DNA of 64,000 nucleotides from Schmidtea nova (taxonomy: Eukaryota): assembly GCA_044892505.1 (NCBI GenBank), contig CM097883.1, forward strand, positions 419,492,001-419,556,000, given 5' to 3'. Positions 61,167-64,000 of the stretch are shown here, piece by piece. Position 1 is the stretch's first letter. Each line of letters opens with the position of its first letter. Below the pieces are notes generated by a model, which did no database searches, was not told the DNA's origin, and worked only from the letters and a program-made list of their open reading frames with translations. A program made the position numbers and the translations under genes.

Positions 61167-63306
61167 TTTTAAATATATTATACAAACAAATGATAATTGA
61201 ATTCGATTTTAAAAATATTTCAAAATTAACTTAATGTTTAACTCTTACTTTGTAACTTATTAGAATTTATTAATGTTCATTTCTTTTAACAAATACTGTA
61301 AAACCTGTTAATCTATCCACTTCTGTATTTTGTTTAAAGGGTTTGGATGATGCAGCAGAGTAATGTTGGTTATAAATTTTGTTTGGCAAAAACTAAAATT
61401 TTAATTTAAGTTGTTTAAATGGTGCGATAATATCAAGGTCTTAACACGCACAAGAAGCTTATTTAAAATTTAATATAAACGCCCAATAAATTCTTTAAAA
61501 ATAACTTACAATAGGTACATAATTAAAATAAAAGAAAAATGTGCATGAACTAAACACGAAATTTACAAAGAAAATAACAAAAAAGTCTTAGACGACTAAG
61601 AGCTAAATACTAAGAGTGCAAGAAAACAAAATATTTATTAAAGAGAAAATATAGTGGTGGGTTGTTGATCGTCAATATGACCTTGACGTTGCTATGGCTC
61701 ATATCATATCATATAAATTTATTATCATCAAATAAACGACATTATTCAAGAATAATGTCTAGGTAAATGTATCCCAGCCACAGGCAAAACAAAATCAATT
61801 CAATCATTTCGAAGAGGGCTTAAGTTCTCGAAGAGTTCCAGCAAGCATTCCTACTTTTGATTTTCTACTCTTAAATTCAAATTAGTATCGGTTAAGGTGA
61901 TCAGCAACACTTTCAATTGGATTTTTTCCTCAATTTTTCCGATCAAAATCTAAAGCCTAATAAAATCAAATACTCTACTTTACCGCTACACACTATATTA
62001 TCCAGACACAAGTATTTTCGCACCTTTATTTTATTCCCAAGTTCATACTTGAACATATTAATTCGGAGATCAAAACAACTCAAGTCGGGGATCAAATGTT
62101 CCTTTAGAAATTCATATATTCCGGGATATTCAACTGTTGTTATTCGGGTCAAAATGACTATTATTTACATGATTTTTTAAATTCCTGTATTTTCAATGCT
62201 AAAAATCGAATTAAACTTTATTTAAATCCTAAATCTATTATCCCCCTATCTTGAAATACTTAATAAAAGATATTCTTCCAAAAATTCAACTTTAAATTTT
62301 CCAATTACCACTGAGGCCTTAGTAACGGCAACTGGGAAAATTTACGGATTTTGATAGTTGTTGGACACTGGGTTTTTTTTCTCTTTGGGGTTATTTACAA
62401 TGCATAGATACTTTAAATTATGTTTTAAAAAAATAAAAATTATAGTACCCCTGTTTTAATAAAGTTAAGAAATCACTACTAATAATAGTACTATATATCA
62501 AATTTTATGTTAGGGAAATTTCTTAAATTTCACTCTATGATATTCAACTCGCAACCTGAATGGTCGCATTTCATTATGAAAGGTATTTAACATATTCAAT
62601 TTTTTGATTTTTCAATTTGAATTTTGGAAAACAGATTCTCTTGCCTATATGAGTTTATCTCGGAAATGTAAAGCTAAATTTATTATATTTTCGTAAATTT
62701 ATGATTTTTTTCCATATATCTTGGACATCAAATGTTGGAATCTAGGAACGAAATGGTCAGCTTCAAGTAATAACTTTTACATCAAGTTATTTTTATTTGA
62801 ACAGTTAAAATTTTAGTTTCGGAAGCAGGTACATTATGAAACACTAAATGGTACGAACGGTGACTTTTTCTTATTAGCTGGTGTTTTACTCCTGTCAATG
62901 GGATTCTATAAACGACATTATTATGACATTTTTTCTTATGTTTTAAGCGAATTTTGACGTTTAATATTATGAAAATAAAAAGAAATTTTTTAAAAACTTT
63001 TCTTACACTATTCTAATTTTAATTATGAAAAAAATAAGTAAAGTTGATATTAGGACTTCTTATTATAAAAATATTGCATTTAGTTTGGATTTACCATTTT
63101 AGCTTGCTTAAGATAGATATTTTTCTAATGCTAATTTTGGCAACAGGTAAATTCAACAGGTGTACTATAATTCCCACAAAAGTGAACGGGATTACAGGCG
63201 GTTGGAAGTTCGCAGGAACAAGATCCCTCTTTTGAATTTAAACTTTTGCAATATGAATAAATTTTTGTCAGTAAACTTTTGAGTTATTAACCGAAATTCC
63301 CTAGGA

Positions 63307-63958
63307 CAGAGTTCGGCAACTTTTTGAGACGGAAGAGCTAAAAGTTACAATTTACAAAATTTCCCAGTTTATAAAGAGCCACTAATCTGTTTAACAAAAG
63401 TCAACTTCGTTAAACGTTAAAGCGCACTTATCTTTGAGAAGATAATTCGCTTCTAAATCGTCTTCTTCTTGAAACAACGAGAAATTGTTGTTTCTCGCAA
63501 GCGATAAAATTAACACACTTGCAACCGCTCTCTGAGGAAGACTGAACACTACCGTGCGCTGGGTTGTAGTAGTGACCAGTGTCGGCGGATATAGCAGACA
63601 TAGAGCCCTCGCGAAAGTGTTTTTTATTATATGCGCTGCAAAAAGCAAGTAATCAACCAAAACATATAAGGTCCTCGCTCGAACAGGCATTGTGTGTTGC
63701 TGAATTAATACAATATTATGTTAGGTCCCATACTGCCGACTGGTTCCCAAGCGGCTGTCAGCTGTCTGTCTACTTTCTAATCCAACTATTCTCACTGCTG
63801 TCGGCTGAGTGTTTCTATCCTGTTTATAGTATTTTTACTTTGCAGAATAATATTTTTTTATGAGTTTTGAAAATAAAATAATATAATTTTTAATATTTAC
63901 TCCTGGAACTGGAGAGCTGCATTTTGATATCGAAAGAGCCGCAGGTTGCCTACCCCTG
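63307..63958. mobile_element. Probable Buster/Charlie-type hAT MITE
   Basis: Right TIR GAGCCGCAGGTTGCCTACCCCTG and degenerate left end CAGAGTTCGGCAAC. The flanks CCCTAGGA/TTCTAGAC do not form a clean TSD. Confidence 0.45.
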
Positions 63959-64000
63959 TTCTAGACGTTAAATAAGTTTGAAAAATCGATGCCCTTGGCC

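Overview
Very AT-rich, transposon-dense eukaryotic scaffold with three N-gaps and tiny spliceosomal introns (26-80 nt). It is most likely a metazoan with a compacted gene structure; a myxozoan-like parasite is a guess only. Host genes: a spliced gene combining an N-terminal RRM, an Arg/Ser/Lys-rich middle and a C-terminus resembling Periphilin-1 of the HUSH complex (44633-56089, +); DTWD2 (60303-61166, -); two near-identical intronless GT32 DXD glycosyltransferases (-); an intronless multi-TM protein, probably a divergent otopetrin (19821-21296, +); and a disrupted Hsp90 5' fragment. Mobile DNA: a full-length decayed Ty3/Gypsy element (275-bp LTRs, ACTTT TSD) with a host DNA segment between gag and protease; a second, truncated Gypsy; a pol-less gag / tandem ubiquitin-like / chuvirus-type glycoprotein element; a Polinton/adintovirus remnant (capsid, adenain, AP-1-rich end); several hAT elements with 8-bp TSDs; MULE, IS630/Tc1, mariner, piggyBac and pogo-type elements; solo LTRs; and a family of minimal hammerhead-ribozyme motifs of Penelope/retrozyme type. 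All homology calls come from manual translation and recalled family motifs, not database searches.
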